Shown here: one piece after another, positions 50,279-64,000 of the stretch
Layout of the letters: each line of letters opens with the position of its first letter
How positions within the stretch are numbered: position 1 is the stretch's first letter
NCBI GenBank assembly: GCA_030324005.1
Contig: JARDVH010000106.1
Location: forward strand, 46,903,574-46,967,573
DNA length: 64,000 nt
Origin: Negaprion brevirostris
Lineage: Eukaryota
Direction: 5' to 3'
Position numbers and translations under genes: made by a program
The notes under the pieces: generated by a model
Database searches by the model: none
Told to the model about the DNA's origin: nothing
What the model saw: only the letters and a program-made list of their open reading frames with translations

Positions 50279-50563
50279 GTTAAAAGCTCTGCTTTGGGGA
50301 GACTCAGCTGAAGGGCTGTTCTGAACTTGAGGAACAAAGTGAAGTAGTAAACTTAAGTTTTAAAAAAAGATAAGACCAGTCACAGCCTGTGTAAGACACT
50401 ATTTCTCTCAGTGCAGTTTTGTGAATTTCCTTTGTGTCAAGAACTTCACCAGCAAGCCATGCACCAGTAAGGATAAACAGAGTGACTTTAACACCAGGGC
50501 TGAAGCACTCAGGCAAGTCTAAACTCATCAATTTAAGGACACAATGTTTTTTAAATAACCAAC

Positions 50564-50727
50564 CTGTTCTGGCTGATTGACATTGGAGAGGGGTGTCACA
50601 GTCCAGATGATGTTGAGTTGATTCAGAGCAGCATTTGTATTGAAGGTGCACGGTAGTTCAGCTGTTTGACCTCTGGCAACCTGTACACTCTTGCTACTCA
50701 TAGTCACTTCTAATGACTCCACCCAAC
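50564..50727 (-). CDS. IGSF11: IGSF11 coding exon 2 (N-terminal half of IgV domain), 164 nt
   Basis: Acceptor ttttcttggcag| and donor CAG|gttggt. Translates (G)[54 protein letters not shown], matching IGSF11 [25 protein letters not shown]...WMVTPLSNANQPEQ. Confidence 0.95.
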
Positions 50728-51119
50728 CTGCCAAGAAAAGGTTAATAATATTGAACGGATGCAAATGCAAACAACTAATGCCATTAAATTGACCGGTGAA
50801 CATTTTAAACTCGAGTATGCTTTTGCTTATGTGATGCAGATGCAATGAGCTGTTCAAATAGTGAGTGCAAGTTGAATTGGAATGTGTGACAAGCCTGTAA
50901 CATGATCAAAGAGATCAGATGATACCGCAGCATGACAATTTGTGGTTTGTGAATTCTATCTCAAGCCCACAACCGTGCCACAGAATAGGACTTGTTATCT
51001 ATTACAGTCTACAAAAAACCAAGATATTTTGTATCAACATAAAGAACTTCTGTAAGCTGGGCTTGCTTCAAAATAGCAGATAGCCTGAAAGAATCAAAGA
51101 TATTTTTACAATCATGCAA

Positions 51120-51203
51120 TAAGAACACAATAAGAAATAGGAGCAGGAGTAGGCCATCTAGCCCTTCGAGCCTGCCCCGCCATTCAATAAGATCATGGCT
51201 GAT
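51120..51203 (-). mobile_element. CR1 LINE 3' tail running into a gap
   Basis: Same tail sequence as the copies at 36629 and 41923. Confidence 0.75.
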
Positions 51204-54200
51204 NNNNNNNNNNNNNNNNNNNNNNNNNNNNNNNNNNNNNNNNNNNNNNNNNNNNNNNNNNNNNNNNNNNNNNNNNNNNNNNNNNNNNNNNNNNNNNNNN
51301 NNNTATTTAAACAGGTTTTTAACAGGTAATTTCTTATCTGTCTCTCTGCTCCTTCACTCGTCTGCTCCAGCAAACAATGCGAGATTCTGCGTAGGTGACA
51401 TGGTTTTCCAATGGATATTTCATGATTAGTAGCTTTACTGAAGGAGGGAAGATGACACATTTGAAAGCTATTGAGATATTATTCAACACCAAGACATTTG
51501 CACATCACAGATCTTTTCCCATCTCAGTGAAGAGCTCTGCATAAGAAATATGTGCTTCAGTAAAGAGGCATTAGGGGAACTGTGCCCAGCCAATACAAGA
51601 CGACCTGGGGCTGCAGCAAGATTAAATTTACACTTGGCACAAAGCTAACTCAGCGAATCAACAGTCCATGTTTCACCCTGGCAGAATTTATATTGTATGG
51701 ACAAATATTGTCAAAACTGTAAATCTCAGACATAGGCTAGGAAATGAGCCCCCAAATGATGATCAACTATCATTCTGTGAACTCCAGGGGAAAGACTGAA
51801 TGAGATAAAATAAATGACTGCGGATTCACAACAAGCCTTTTTCACAGTTTAGGCAAAGTCCAATTTCACCTCCAGCCCTGGACAAGCTTTGTCCATCCAA
51901 GAGGGAGGACTGGTCACCCCTAATTTCTATGTTGCAGACTCATTTCAGGTGGCCAAACATTTTAGGATACCACTGTCCATGTCTATTATTTGTAGTTAGC
52001 TGACTCAATAAGGAGAATTTGAAGAATTTATCTCACTTAGCGTGACAGCAAGGCATAGCATGATAAGGATCAATAGGAAAAGGTATCAACTGAATATCCA
52101 GAATGTTTCTGTCTAGATGCAAATGGTCTTCACAAAATGCTTGATTTTCTGGAAGTTATCATCATTCATTAACCTTCCCTGCGCTGTTCTGGGAAGAGAG
52201 TCAGAGTCAAATAAACAAATGTATTAAAGGTGACAAGGCATAAATCTTAATAGAATGGATAAGGACTCTCTTAATATTTGCAAGTACAGTGGTGAAGGAA
52301 AATCATACAAAGGCACAAGCCTTGACTAGAGTTGACATACAACAGTAAGGATCCTAAAAAAAGTTTCTTATATTACCACAAATAAGGACTGCAGATTCCA
52401 GAGTTGCAGCTGTCCATTGCCTGAAAGATTGGACTCAGAGCCTGTGTGTAGATATGATGGCTCTTGAATACACCAAGTTTCAGGCAATAGCCTATTAGCT
52501 CTCAGACCTGGACTCCAAAACAATAGGTTTCCTTCACCTCAACCAGAAATAGCAAGGTGGTACTGTCCCCAATCATCCAACTTCCTTGTGCTCTCTCTCT
52601 ATAATGGTACCTCCCCCAATAACATTACCTATTTCCCCAAAGGGAGACAATCTGAGCTGGTGTATGAGAATGAAAATGCAAACAACACAATGTGATTGAA
52701 GAGGTACCAGAAGAACATGAAGCAGGATGTAAATCCAGAATCCCCGTGTGGTCTTTCCTGCTGCATCCCAGAAACCACAGTCACAGCATAATTAACGCAT
52801 GGAGGGCATCTATTTAAAATGGGCCCATCACTACCACCTTCCCAGGACTAGTGACCAGTAATAAACATGGCTTGGCAGCAGTTGCCATATACCAAAAATG
52901 AAAGATACACAATTAAAACTGCTGTCTACAGTGCTCCTTTAATCTTGCCCTCGGCCATGGAGACGAGTAAGAGATACAACAACAAGGGTATGGCCTGCTC
53001 CTCTCACAGCCAACAAGGAAGAAACTTGTGTTCTCTTCCCCATGTACCATCTTCATTATTGTTAAAAGATCTCAAGTTAAAAATAGACACAAGATAAGAA
53101 TATTTCAGTCTGGAGGAATAGGGAACAGAAGGGCAGCAAAGCGTACTGTAACAATCCCGCCGAGGCCAGTCTTTCATCACCATCATCCTTTATTTACAAC
53201 ATGCATAAAGTGCCACTCAGCAGCTACAGTGTGCAGATCAACCCCCAAAACCCTATGACTGCCAACATGAGTGGAGTCAGTTGGTTTTAAACCCCCGTTG
53301 CTCCTTCCCTATTGGGCAAGCCTCCACTTGCCTAACAGGGGTGCTTGTACTCTACGAGACCCACGGGGAGAGTGGCTGACAATCTCCTACAGCCATCATA
53401 ACACCTGCCCCAGCACCTTGCTTTATTTGGACATTGCATCCAAGTTGCTCTTGTGAAAAGATTTGAGCAAATGGAGTGAAGGCTAACATTTAAGTGATCT
53501 GTCCCAGATGGCATCAGACAACTAATGGCATTTAAGTGTTGTCATCACCGAAATGATGTCACGGTAGGGATTTTGGGCTGTACGTGCAACTGCTTTACTG
53601 TTCGAAGCAGTGGTTAAACATAACGTCAAGTCCAAGTTAAGGAACTCTTAATCCCATGGTGCAGTGTGAAGGACAATTTGCAGAGTTTACCATTTCAGAG
53701 GATGGACAGTGCCCAGAATGCCAAGGGATGATGAGGCACAGTTTCCAAATTAACAAACTGGTTTATAAAAATACACGAAAAACAGAAAACAACTTTTATA
53801 GAAGTGTACTGGAGGTAATTTTAATTCCGTCACTCAGACAGGAAACTGGCAGGATTAAACTGGCCACCCACTTTATGCCCCACCTGATTTTACTTTACAA
53901 TTAGACAATCCATTGATTTGGTTAAAATTAAGTCCACAACCTTACTGACACAGCCGCATTCAAGCTAAACAATTCAAAATCGTGGTTGGACAAAATTGAT
54001 GACAGCCATTTTAGACTGTAAAATCAGAGATTTGTCTTCTTTAGCTGTCAATTGCCCAGAGCTCCAAAATTAACCTTTAGAAATATAGTTCTTTATTAAT
54101 ACCTAGCTATTTCAACCAACTTGTCTCCTTCCCAGTGTTGCAAAGCTGCAGAAACTTGCATAACCAAAAGGGCTGCATTATTGAGATGTCTATAATGGAT

Positions 54201-54705
54201 CAGCCGTGACTTCCTCCCTCAATGGTTAGTTAATTAAATTGCAACCAGCTTGGTTTCATACTTGCTGATTTAATGTTGAGACAAAAAACTGAAGTTATCA
54301 TTGGAACAACAATTTAAATCTGTACAGGAGCTTCAACCTAATAAAAGGTCTGAAAGGTGCCTCACAGAACCACTTTAAANNNNNNNNNNNNNNNNNNNNN
54401 NNNNNNNNNNNNNNNNNNNNNNNNNNNNNNNNNNNNNNNNNNNNNNNNNNNNNNNNNNNNNNNNNNNNNNNNNNNNNNNAGGACATTGAGTATTAGATCA
54501 AATACTTAGTTGGTTTTAAAGAGCAAAGTGAGGTAAAGATGCAGAGGACTGCAGGGAGGAAATTTCAGAGCTTACAGCCTAAATGGTGGTGTAGCAATTA
54601 AAGTTCCCAATACTTAAGTGGAGGAAATTTGTACTTGTTGAGTACAGGACTTCATATAAGCAGTCAGACAGTTTAACAACAGTGGCAGTTACCTGGAGCT
54701 GGTTA

Positions 54706-55017
54706 CAGAATTACTGAATCCCACACTGCAAAAGGAGGCCATTCAGCCCATCAAGTCTGCACCAACCACAATTCCACCCAGGCCCTATCCCGATGGCCCC
54801 ACGCATTTAACCTAGGTAGTCCCCCTGACACTAAGGGGCAATTTAGCATAGCCAACCCACACATCTTTGGACTGTGGGAGGAAACTGGAGCATCTGCAAG
54901 AAGCCTATGCAGACACAGGGAGAATGTGCAAACTCCACACAGACAGCAATCCAAGCCAGGAATCAAACCCAGATCCCTGGCAGTGTGAGGCAGCAGTGCT
55001 AAGTACTGTGCCACCCA
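54706..55017 (-). mobile_element. HE1/V-SINE-like element, tail type A
   Basis: Reverse complement of the full element, inserted in an L2 remnant. Confidence 0.85.
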
Positions 55018-55019
55018 GT

Positions 55020-55960
55020 CATACATTATCATCAGCATACATTAGGGGCAGCATGTAGATGGGAAAGTGTGGGCCAAGAACAGTGGGACAGGTGCAGTTG
55101 GGGGATGAGAAGTTATTGCTGGGTGATATTCTAGAAATGATTAGATAAGAGTGGATAAGAATAATAAATTAGACACGCGAGAATGGTATCACACAGCAGA
55201 ACAACAATGGGGATGTCTTTGAGGAGGAGAATGTGATCAACTGCATGAAAGTCTACAGCCAAGTTGAGAAAGAGAACGACAAAAATTTTATTTTGTAGAT
55301 GTCATTGGTGACTTTGATAGGAGCAACTAGGGTACTGTGCAGGGGAAGAATGCTGACTGGATGGATTCAAATATGGAATTCCGAAAAAGACACACAAAGA
55401 TTTGGAAAAACAACTACATGTTCAAAAGACTTTGGTGAGGAAAAAGGGAGGTGAGGCAGTAGTTTTTGAGGATGGTGACGGCAGATTTAAAGGAAAGAGA
55501 CATAACACGATCAAGTTGGGTCATCAGTAATTTATTGAGATGAGAGACAAGGGAGCAGGTGGTGAGGCTCAAGGGCAAGTTGAGCTTGGACACGACAGGA
55601 AGGGAAATGGGAGAGGAATGAATAGTGAAACTGGAGTAAGATATTAGTTCAGGGCTGGGACAGAGGTGCAACCTGAGAGGAAGATTAGCTCGGTGGATGA
55701 GTAAAATGGAGGTATGCGGCAGGGCAGCTGATCAGATGGTCTCAATCTTAATGCGAAACAAATCTATGAGCTCTTCATCCTTACCTCAAACAACAAGTAC
55801 AAGGAAAATGAGGAGATTGATTTAAGGAAACTGCAGTGGAGAAAAGAAGTGGTTACCTTTATATTTTAAATGATCCTGGAATGATGAGCTGGTTTAATAG
55901 ACTGAAGCAGGCCAATAGCATTTTGTGTAGTCCAGAGAGTATAACCAGAGAATAATTAAG
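55020..55960 (-). mobile_element. L2-clade LINE RT remnant (continues at ~54300-54700, interrupted by a SINE)
   Basis: Minus strand tgctcctatcaaagtcaccaatgac (ALIKVTND-like) and caacttggctgtagactttcatgcagttgatcac (LDLSAAFDTVDH-like). Confidence 0.62.
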
Positions 55961-56204
55961 AGCATGGCATGGATGCATTAGGATAAGCCCAAAATGTCAC
56001 TGTGTTTTAAATGTCTTTTAAAAGCGACATTGTCTATTTTTGCTGAGACAATGACTATCCTTGACTGACGTGTGGTGTCGAGGAGCCGCAGCAAAATTGA
56101 AGTTAAATGGAAACGGGAAGACAATTCTTCACTGTTGCTATCATAGCACAAAGAAAAATGCCAGGATGTCACTGCACAAGTTCCACAGGGCCCCAATCCC
56201 AAAC

Positions 56205-57070
56205 ATCTTTAACTGTTTCATTAAGTGACATTCCTTCCATCATAAGGTTAGAAGTAGATATTTGCAGTTGATTGCATTATTTCAATATCATTTGCAACTC
56301 CTCAGATACTGAAGTGGTTTATGTCTATTTGGACAATATTCAAGCTTGGCCTTTAGCAGAAAATAATACTTGCACCATACAAGTGCCAGGAAATGACCAA
56401 CTTCAACAAGAGAAAATCCAGTCATCTTCCCTTAACACTCAATTGTATTATCCCCCACTAACATCCTGAGAGTTATCATGGACTTGAAAATGAACTGGGT
56501 GAGCTACATAAATGCTGGATACAAGAGCTGTTAATTTGATTCTCATTTCCCCAAATCCCACCATCTAGGCACAAGTTAGGTATGTGATGGAATACTTTCC
56601 ACTTGCTTGGTTGGGTGCAGCTCCAACAATATTCAAGGAGCTTGACACCATCCAGGACAAAGCTGCCATTTGATTAGCATCCCTTCCATCACCTTGAACC
56701 TTGACTCGCTCCATGACCGAAGGAGAATACCAACAGTGTACACCATCTACAAGATGCACTGCAGTAACTCAGCAAGACTCCTTCAACAGCACCTTCCAAA
56801 TCTATGACCTCTATTACTAGAAGAGCACAGGCAGCAAAAGTAGTGGGAGAACCAATACCAAATTCTCCTATTAGCCACACACCATCCGGACTTGGAATTA
56901 TAACACCATTCGTTCAGTATTTCTAGATCAAAATCCGTGAGCTCTTTTTCAAACAGCACCGAGTGTATCTACACCAGATGGACTGCACTGGTTCTACAAG
57001 GTTGCCCAGCACCACTTTCTCAAGGGCAGAAAGGGATGGGCAACACCTTACCAGTGATATTCAAATCCCA
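56205..57070 (+). mobile_element. Second LINE family (CR1/L2 group), ORF2 C-terminus and 3' UTR
   Basis: Translates AQVRYVMEYFPLAWLGAAPTIFKELDTIQDKAA at ~56568-56670. Confidence 0.75.
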
Positions 57071-59134
57071 TGAAAGGATATGTATATGTATTTTTAAAGT
57101 GTTTATTTTGATGAAACTAAACAGAGGAGATAACTGCTACTGGATATTCGAGGCAAGGAACCTCCCAAATTGTGTCTAATGTCATGGAAAGGAGAAGGGC
57201 AGTGACATTGACAGCCTTCTCTCTCCTCCCAAACACTGCACGTCTTCATTACGATGGTCAAGATATAATCCAGAATCAGTGAATAAAAACAATTAGCCAA
57301 AGAACAGAGTCAATTTTAGAAAAGTAATTTGTTGTACTAAAATTGAATGTACACTTGTGTAACACTGTTGTTCGTGGAAATTACAATAATACAAGGATAC
57401 AATTATTTTGTGTTGATTCACATTGTCATGTAGAGATGAAGAAATCTGATGTGTTCTCAAGATAAGTATTAGGTTGAAGGATTTGTCCTGGGGCGAAGAA
57501 GTCAAGTCACTTATGACAGGATAGAATACATTAAAAGGGAAGACTTGAGTGAACATTTACACTCTGATATCCTTTGCATCAATCAGTGAAGAGCAAATGC
57601 AATATCATCTGGTTTCTAGTAATCAGTGGGAAATGTGATGAATTAATCTGTTTTAGCAAACAAGCCATCGATTACCTCTGTCGTGCAAAACCGAAATGTG
57701 GACTGGTTGATGTTCCTGAAATTGTCTGGTGCTTGCTGATATTTCTTACTTTCCCGACAGGATGAATAGATGCACACTGACATACCTAGAATTCTTAGAG
57801 AAGCAGTGCACAAGTCTCCAGGCAGTTAAAGACCCAGACTGCCTCCTGCAACCCACTGTCTAAGCTGGCACTGATTTGCATGCTGCAGAAAATCACTCTG
57901 GTCCTCAACTTCATTGTATGTGGCTATTTCCAAAATTATAGTCTTTACTCTATATAGTTCCAGTTGGAATGCATCAAGTAGTCCCACATTTTCAATTCAT
58001 TTTGGAATTAATTTGCCTTTGCCAAGTGATTTTTGTCAGTGACTGAGGTTGACAAAGATGTGGAGCATTGTACACTAATGAAGCTTGGAAATCAGCAAAA
58101 GTCACATTTAAAAGAACTTCATACTATTAATCACTGTTTAATTTGGAAATTTTAGCAATTAGCCAATTCAGTTCAATGAAAGTGACTTACCTTCAGCTTG
58201 TAACATATATATCTGGTAACTTTTATATCTGAAACATATCCTCGTTTAACTGAAACTAGCATGGAACAAAGAACTAAAAAATATTGTGCCAGGATAGAAT
58301 CATGATCAAATATTTCCACTTTCCACCCTTGAGTCTCCCTCAAAATATCTGCCTTGGAATTTCAGTTTGGATAAATCAGAAAACTTCCAAAATTATACAC
58401 AATACAATCTGTATTATCCAGCAAGCACAGGTGATGCCAATTAACAAAGAGTTCCATTCACCAATGAAATACAGCACAATACATGTCACATGAACGAATG
58501 TTCAAGTACTTAAGTAAATGACAGCATTAATTCTACTTCTAAGCGTCAACAGTACATGAAAACATAAGTTGATGTATAAAATAATACAGGTATCAATCCC
58601 AAATAATAATAACAGCCTTTGGTTGGTAAAGTCATGATTCATATTAGGAATTGTAATATCTGGAATTCCAGTTGATAAACAATTCCAATTGTTAGAGTGC
58701 CACATAGCACAAAATTTACCATACTGAAAATGAAACAATATTTAGTCAAATGAACACCACAGAGCAGCAAGTATTTAATCAATAATTCAAGTCTGTAACT
58801 ATGGATTTATCATAAACTAACATTTTATTTTAATGCATAATCTCTGTTTGCTGCCAATAGGGAAATAATTAAAAACAACAGATAAAGAGTCAAATGCCTT
58901 AAGCAACTTTGATCAGCTAATTCTCTACACTCCGAAATTCAAACCTCAGGGTAGATCTATATTACATTTGTTTCAGGTATATTTCTTCGGCATTTGTCTT
59001 GTTAAGAGTTGAGAAATATTTCACCCAATTAAAATTATTTTTCAAATTAAAATCAAAAACCTTTTGCGAGCCATTGGCAATCAACAAAAAGGCAAGAACT
59101 ATCATTTCATTTGCTACCTTTTACAAGCTCAGCA

Positions 59135-59212
59135 AGAAATCTCATAACACCAGGGTGAAGTCCAGGTTTATTTGGAATCACAAGTTTTCAGAGCACTGCT
59201 CCTTCATAAGGT
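59135..59212 (-). mobile_element. Single degenerate copy related to the 30585-30788 Penelope-type repeat
   Basis: aagaaatctcataacaccagggtgaagtccaggtttatttgg...gagcactgctccttcataagg aligns by eye with the left arm at 30585-30676. Confidence 0.6.
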
Positions 59213-59214
59213 CA

Positions 59215-59485
59215 GGACACCTCAATCCCTTTCTCAGCTATTGGAGGATAAATGTTGGCCAAGACATCAAGAAAACACTCATGCTTGAATTCACACAGTG
59301 CCCTGGGATCTTCAATGCCCATCTGAGAGACCAGTTGACATCTCAGTTTAAAGTCTGATCCAAAAGGCATCACTTGGTACTGAAATGTCTGTCTAGATAT
59401 GTGCTCAACTCACTGGATGGGGTTTTGAGCCCATGGCATTCTGACTTAAAAATAAGAGTTCTACCAATAATCTGAGACTGGCAAT
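59215..59485 (-). mobile_element. DeuSINE (SacSINE1-like) 5' remnant
   Basis: ggataaatgttggccaagacatc...gggatcttcaatgcccatctgagag...gatatgtgctcaa...ttctgacttaaaaataagagttctacca. Confidence 0.65.
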
Positions 59486-59794
59486 ATAAAATAGTCTGGC
59501 TAAAATGAATTCAAATTTAAAGCAGTTGGGATTTATTCCCATCACCTGTTGTGAGGACAAACATAAGTTCAAATCCAGAAACACCAGGAAGGACCACTGC
59601 ATAAAAATCTACCTGATGTTTATCCTGTTCAGTCCAGGGCTTTCAAAAATAATATTCAAAAAAACACAGGCATGTTGAATGTAATGATGGCTAGCAATAA
59701 ATAATTTCTATCCATTGACCATTAAAAGAAGTATCCTATCCAACCGGAAATGCGGGTACATTATTAGGTAATAAATGATTGGATAAAGGCAACA

Positions 59795-60560
59795 TACAAA
59801 CATATGAAATGGGAACAGAAAACGGACACTCAGCTCCTTGAGCCTGCTCTGCCAGTTAATAAGATCATGGCTGATCTGTTTGTGTTTCACATTCTACCTT
59901 CCCATCAACCCCAGTAACCTTTGATTCCCTTGCCTACCAAGAATCTATCCATCTTCAAGGTATTCAATTTCTCCCACCTCCATCAATTTTTGAGGCAGAG
60001 TTCCAAAGTCACACAACCCTCAGAAAATACTTCTCATCTCCGATCTCAAAGGACACACCTAATTTTAAAACAGTGGCCCCCTAGCCTGGGCTCACCCACA
60101 AGAGGAAACTTCCTTTCAATGTCCACCTTGTCAAGACCATTCGGAATCTTGTACACTTCAATCAAGTCACCCTTTCACTCTTTCATACTCCAGTGGAAAC
60201 AATGCAAGTCTGTCTAATCGTTCCTCAGAAGACAATTCACTCATTCCAGATATCAGTCCAGCAAACCTCCTCTGAACCACATTCACTTCCCTCCTTAACT
60301 AATTAGGCCAACATTACACACACGTATCAATAAGATGCAGTCTCAACAATGCCCTTTATAAGTGAGGTATTTCTACTTACTTTTATACCCAATTCCTTGC
60401 TTTATAAAGGATAGCATTCCATTAGCTTTCGTAGCTATTTGCTGTACCTGCAATATAACTTTTTGTGACCCATTCACTGGAACCCCTAGATCCCTCTGCA
60501 TTTAGAATTCTGCAGACGCTGTCCATTTAGGTAACACTTTGCTTTTTTATTCTTGTCACC
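59795..60560 (-). mobile_element. CR1 LINE 3' portion
   Basis: Tail aataagatcatggctgatctg, then the CR1 reverse-strand pattern (cccacaagaggaaac, tccaccttgtcaagacc, aacccctagatccctctgca). Confidence 0.78.
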
Positions 60561-62011
60561 ATTCTGGCCATTTTGTGTCCAATGAGAGAATTCTACTGTT
60601 GGTGATAGAATTTAGTGCTTTGAAAGTGAGTAACTTCAGTTGTACCGAATTTTTCTTTCAAAATAAAATATTGTACATTTTGTAAAGTCAGAGGAATGTT
60701 TAGAGTTAAAGTTTCAGAAAATAACCTGGAATGTCCACAGTCCATTACCCAACTTTCCTACGCATCTGACAATGCACCCATGATTTGCAGCCTAAATGCT
60801 ATCTAGTTCAAACTAGTACCTCCTCACACTAAAGCTCATAGTAGGAATTTTCAGAAGTTCTTTCCAAATACCTGTGTGTTTGCCTTCTTCTGTTTGAAAT
60901 CTCTACATCAATTCTCGTACGTTAGAAACGGGACACGGCAAAGGCAGTAGTAATGATAAATAATAAGTATAAAGACAGTAACAACAGAGATTCAATTTTC
61001 CTTCACGTCTTTGATCACAACCACTTCATCTACGGAAGATAGATTTTCATTCAGTCCAACATGAGTGAGATGACAGTTATAAAGAACAGGAATTTTCTTA
61101 TTGTTGCCCTCCCAACAAGGTTTACAACTAGTAGAGCGGATCAATAGGATGACAATACTATGGTAACAAGAATAAAACTGCCAAGTATCCTTCATTGTCG
61201 TTAGGAATGGAGTTGAAAAAGTATACTGCAAAATGGCCATCAAGTAATGAAATTTTCAATCATTCTGTGGTATAGGCATCTTATTTGGCAGAAGGGAGAG
61301 CATCCAAGTTTTCCAAATCTTTTACATTAATCATTTTAAATGCAAGCTTTCATACAAGAACATTTTCAGTGATCCCAGCTTTGAATTGGTCAAGACAGAC
61401 CTTTGTTAAACATGGTCTAATAAATGTACCTCTGGTACCCAGCTGTTGACACTGCTCAATGAAGTCATCCTCATGAGCATACCACATCATAATTGCTACC
61501 TTCCCACCTTAAAAGCAGTACTACTTCCACCCACTTCATGTACAAAGCCACCCAGGATTTCTAGCTTTCAGGATTTTCAATCACTTTGACTGATGGAAGA
61601 AAACCTTGTCACTGAAAGATCTGGGAAAAGAATCATCCTAATTCACATTAATTTTTTTCTGCAATGAAGCTTTACGTTCAGAAATCCAACTACATTGCTG
61701 AACTTACAGCTTTCGATGCAGAAAGAAGTCTCCACTCCAACATGTAGTAGCTGATTGCCAATTTTCTTTACCACTGACTTCATTGGAGAGGAATATCAGG
61801 TGGGATACAAAGCAGGAACCTGATCTACAACACGCAATTTCATGCACCCACCAAAATTGCACTTCACCAACTTTTATCCAATCCTATAGATAATCCTAAC
61901 TTCAATAAATAGCCACTGATTTATTGACATTGTGAGTTTAATCATTTAACCTGCTGACCAGTCTAGGAGTATAGCAAAGTGAATGAATCTGCACCAAACC
62001 AAAATTTTAAG

Positions 62012-62294
62012 CTAAAGTTTATTTATTAGTCACAAGTAAGGCTTACATTAACACTGCAATGAAGTTACAGTAAAATTCCCCTAGTCGCCACAGTCCGGTG
62101 CCTGTTCGGGTCAATGCATCTAACCAGCATGCCTTTCAGACTGTGGGAGGAAACCAAAGCACCCAGAGGAAACCCATGCAGACACGGGGAGAACATGTAG
62201 GCTCCACAAAGACAATGACCCAAGCCGGGAATCGAACGCCAGTCCCTGGCGCTGTGAGGCAGCAGTGCTAACCACTGTGCTACCATGCCACCCC
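62012..62294 (-). mobile_element. HE1/V-SINE-like element, tail type B
   Basis: tttatttattagtcacaagtaaggcttacattaacactgcaatgaagttac...gcagcagtgctaaccactgtgc. Confidence 0.87.
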
Positions 62295-64000
62295 TTCTGG
62301 TGACATTTTTCAGGCAACGTTTTGTTACAATTACTTTTACTCGGCATACCAGCCCACTGATCTCTCTCCAGATACAGCACAGGGAAGCTTTTGATATGTG
62401 AGTCCTCTCCCACTGACTTTGCCTAGAGATTTCAGAAGTCTAATGCAAACTTTCAGGGAAGACCAGGAGTTTGGATATCCAAAGCCCCAACCAGCTGCAG
62501 TCCCTCCAATTCACTCCAATCAGAAGGGTCAATTGTGAGCTATCCTTAGATCTGTTCCAAATCTGAAGTTACAATTCTTTGGTGTTTAACAGAAGTATTC
62601 TCAGACAGTCTCAACATCTTGCACTGTTTCATTTTCCATAGAGTCATGTGCTCCAAGTTGGCAGAAAGTTTACTTATGTCGGACCACAGTGAGGCAACCT
62701 AACATCAATATGCAATGCAAGAACAGAAAATGCTGGAAATTCTTAGCAAACTGGCAGTATCTGTGGTGCAAGAAAGAATTTCAGCTCAAGGACCTATCTT
62801 CAGGAGAAGCAAGGTATTGTATAATGTATATTGGCATTATTCTTCTACATAACCACCTCCAGTTTCTGAAAAGTAATCAAGCAAAACTATTCAATTATTC
62901 TTATATATTTTCACTATTCAGTTCTCTTGTGCTTCTCTCCAAAGACATTATTCAAGCTCGGCAAAATTACAGCCTTGATAAACTGAAATATTCATCCTCA
63001 CAGCTTTGATTTCATCTCTATAGTATTTTATCTCAATCACTCAACATAATCAGAGGCTGCTTAAGGCAAAATAGGTTATTTTTGGAAATGCTGTAAAATT
63101 TAATTTAAAACAATGTAGGCCACTACATTTTATAATTCATCTGGAAGTGACTGTGTTTGAGAGACAGCTGTTCATACATGCAGTCCCATTTCAATATTAC
63201 CACCACAGCAATTACTGTATCTCACTGCACCACACCACTTGGATATAAGGGATTGAACCAAATCTATACTGTTTAATCTAATAGGAATAAATTGTCTCTG
63301 ATAAATCTTCGATATTGATGAAATGTGAGAATTCATTACTGCTTGCTTTTCTAAAATAATTTTACTTGGGGGTTTGTAGATTGAAGATGTTTTGTATTGA
63401 GAGATGAGTTGTCTTGGGATTTTCTCAGATTTATCTCAGGATGATTTCTTGAACACCTAATGCTGTCAAACAAAATGCATCTGCTGTAAACAAGTGATAT
63501 AAGAGAGGTATTAATCCACAGATTTTGAAAAATCAATTATACCCCTTAGGAGGTCACATCAATTTTCGCTCTGAACTAACGATTTTCTCAGTTCTTCTCC
63601 TCCACTGCTTCATACTGGACGCAGTTCCATGGTGCCTAATGCAAGGAGCCATTTCCCATGTGTGAACCTCAAGCATGTGCGTCAGCAGTGTCTTTTCCTT
63701 CTCCTTCCATTAATCAAGCTCTGTCAGCACTGAAAGCTAATAAATATTCACTGCTGCTCAGAGCAGATAAGAAAATAGAAACGCCACATCGTGAAGGGTT
63801 ATCCTTCCTTCCATTCACTTTTAAATTAGCTTATTTATATCATTTAAATAAAACATCCTCTTCCTGTGGAAATAGCTTCTATTNNNNNNNNNNNNNNNNN
63901 NNNNNNNNNNNNNNNNNNNNNNNNNNNNNNNNNNNNNNNNNNNNNNNNNNNNNNNNNNNNNNNNNNNNNNNNNNNNNNNNNNNTAGCTTCTATTTCCTTA

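Larger units (their letters stand above)
7776..50727 (-). other. IGSF11: IGSF11 gene span, coding exons 2-7 (exon 1 / signal peptide not seen in window)
   Basis: Six minus-strand exons join in consistent phases (1-0-[1]-1-1-2) into a protein collinear with vertebrate IGSF11 as I recall it: IgV, IgC2, TM, cytoplasmic tail ending PVMIPAQNRAGSLV*. Confidence 0.95.

Noticed and set aside
63873-63994. Direct repeat tagcttctatt as a target-site duplication
   Set aside because: It flanks an N gap; could be a TSD of a hidden insert or a contig overlap, which cannot be decided here.
50728-64000. IGSF11 exon 1 (signal peptide) or promoter/CpG island
   Set aside because: I found no ATG-initiated hydrophobic mini-exon with a phase-1 donor and no CpG island that I could support. 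It is probably outside the window or in a gap.
1-64000. CRISPR arrays, operons or prokaryotic defence systems
   Set aside because: This is eukaryotic intron-rich DNA with no repeat-spacer arrays or dense ORF clusters.

Overview
Vertebrate genomic DNA, about 40% GC with many N gaps. The SINE/LINE families point to a cartilaginous fish, most likely a shark (inference). There is one protein-coding gene: IGSF11 (BT-IgSF/VSIG3, CTX family) on the minus strand, with coding exons 2-7 at 50727-50564, 44392-~44213, 29580-29425, 19715-19593, 13039/13036-12889 and 8202-7776. It encodes IgV + IgC2 + TM and a tail ending in the PDZ-binding motif GSLV. The signal-peptide exon 1 was not found and probably lies beyond 64000. 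The 3' end of exon 3 is broken next to a gap, most likely an assembly error. Introns are full of HE1/V-SINE-like and DeuSINE/SacSINE1-like SINEs, CR1 and L2 LINE remnants, Penelope-type terminal repeats and MITE-like pieces. The most unusual items are a ~300-bp A-tailed element built from two U2 snRNA 5' fragments (candidate U2-headed SINE), a 204-bp near-perfect palindrome carrying a Penelope-type minimal hammerhead ribozyme, and an antisense SRSF7-like RRM pseudogene fragment. I see no convincing novel multi-gene system. Repeat family names come from recognition by eye, not database searches.
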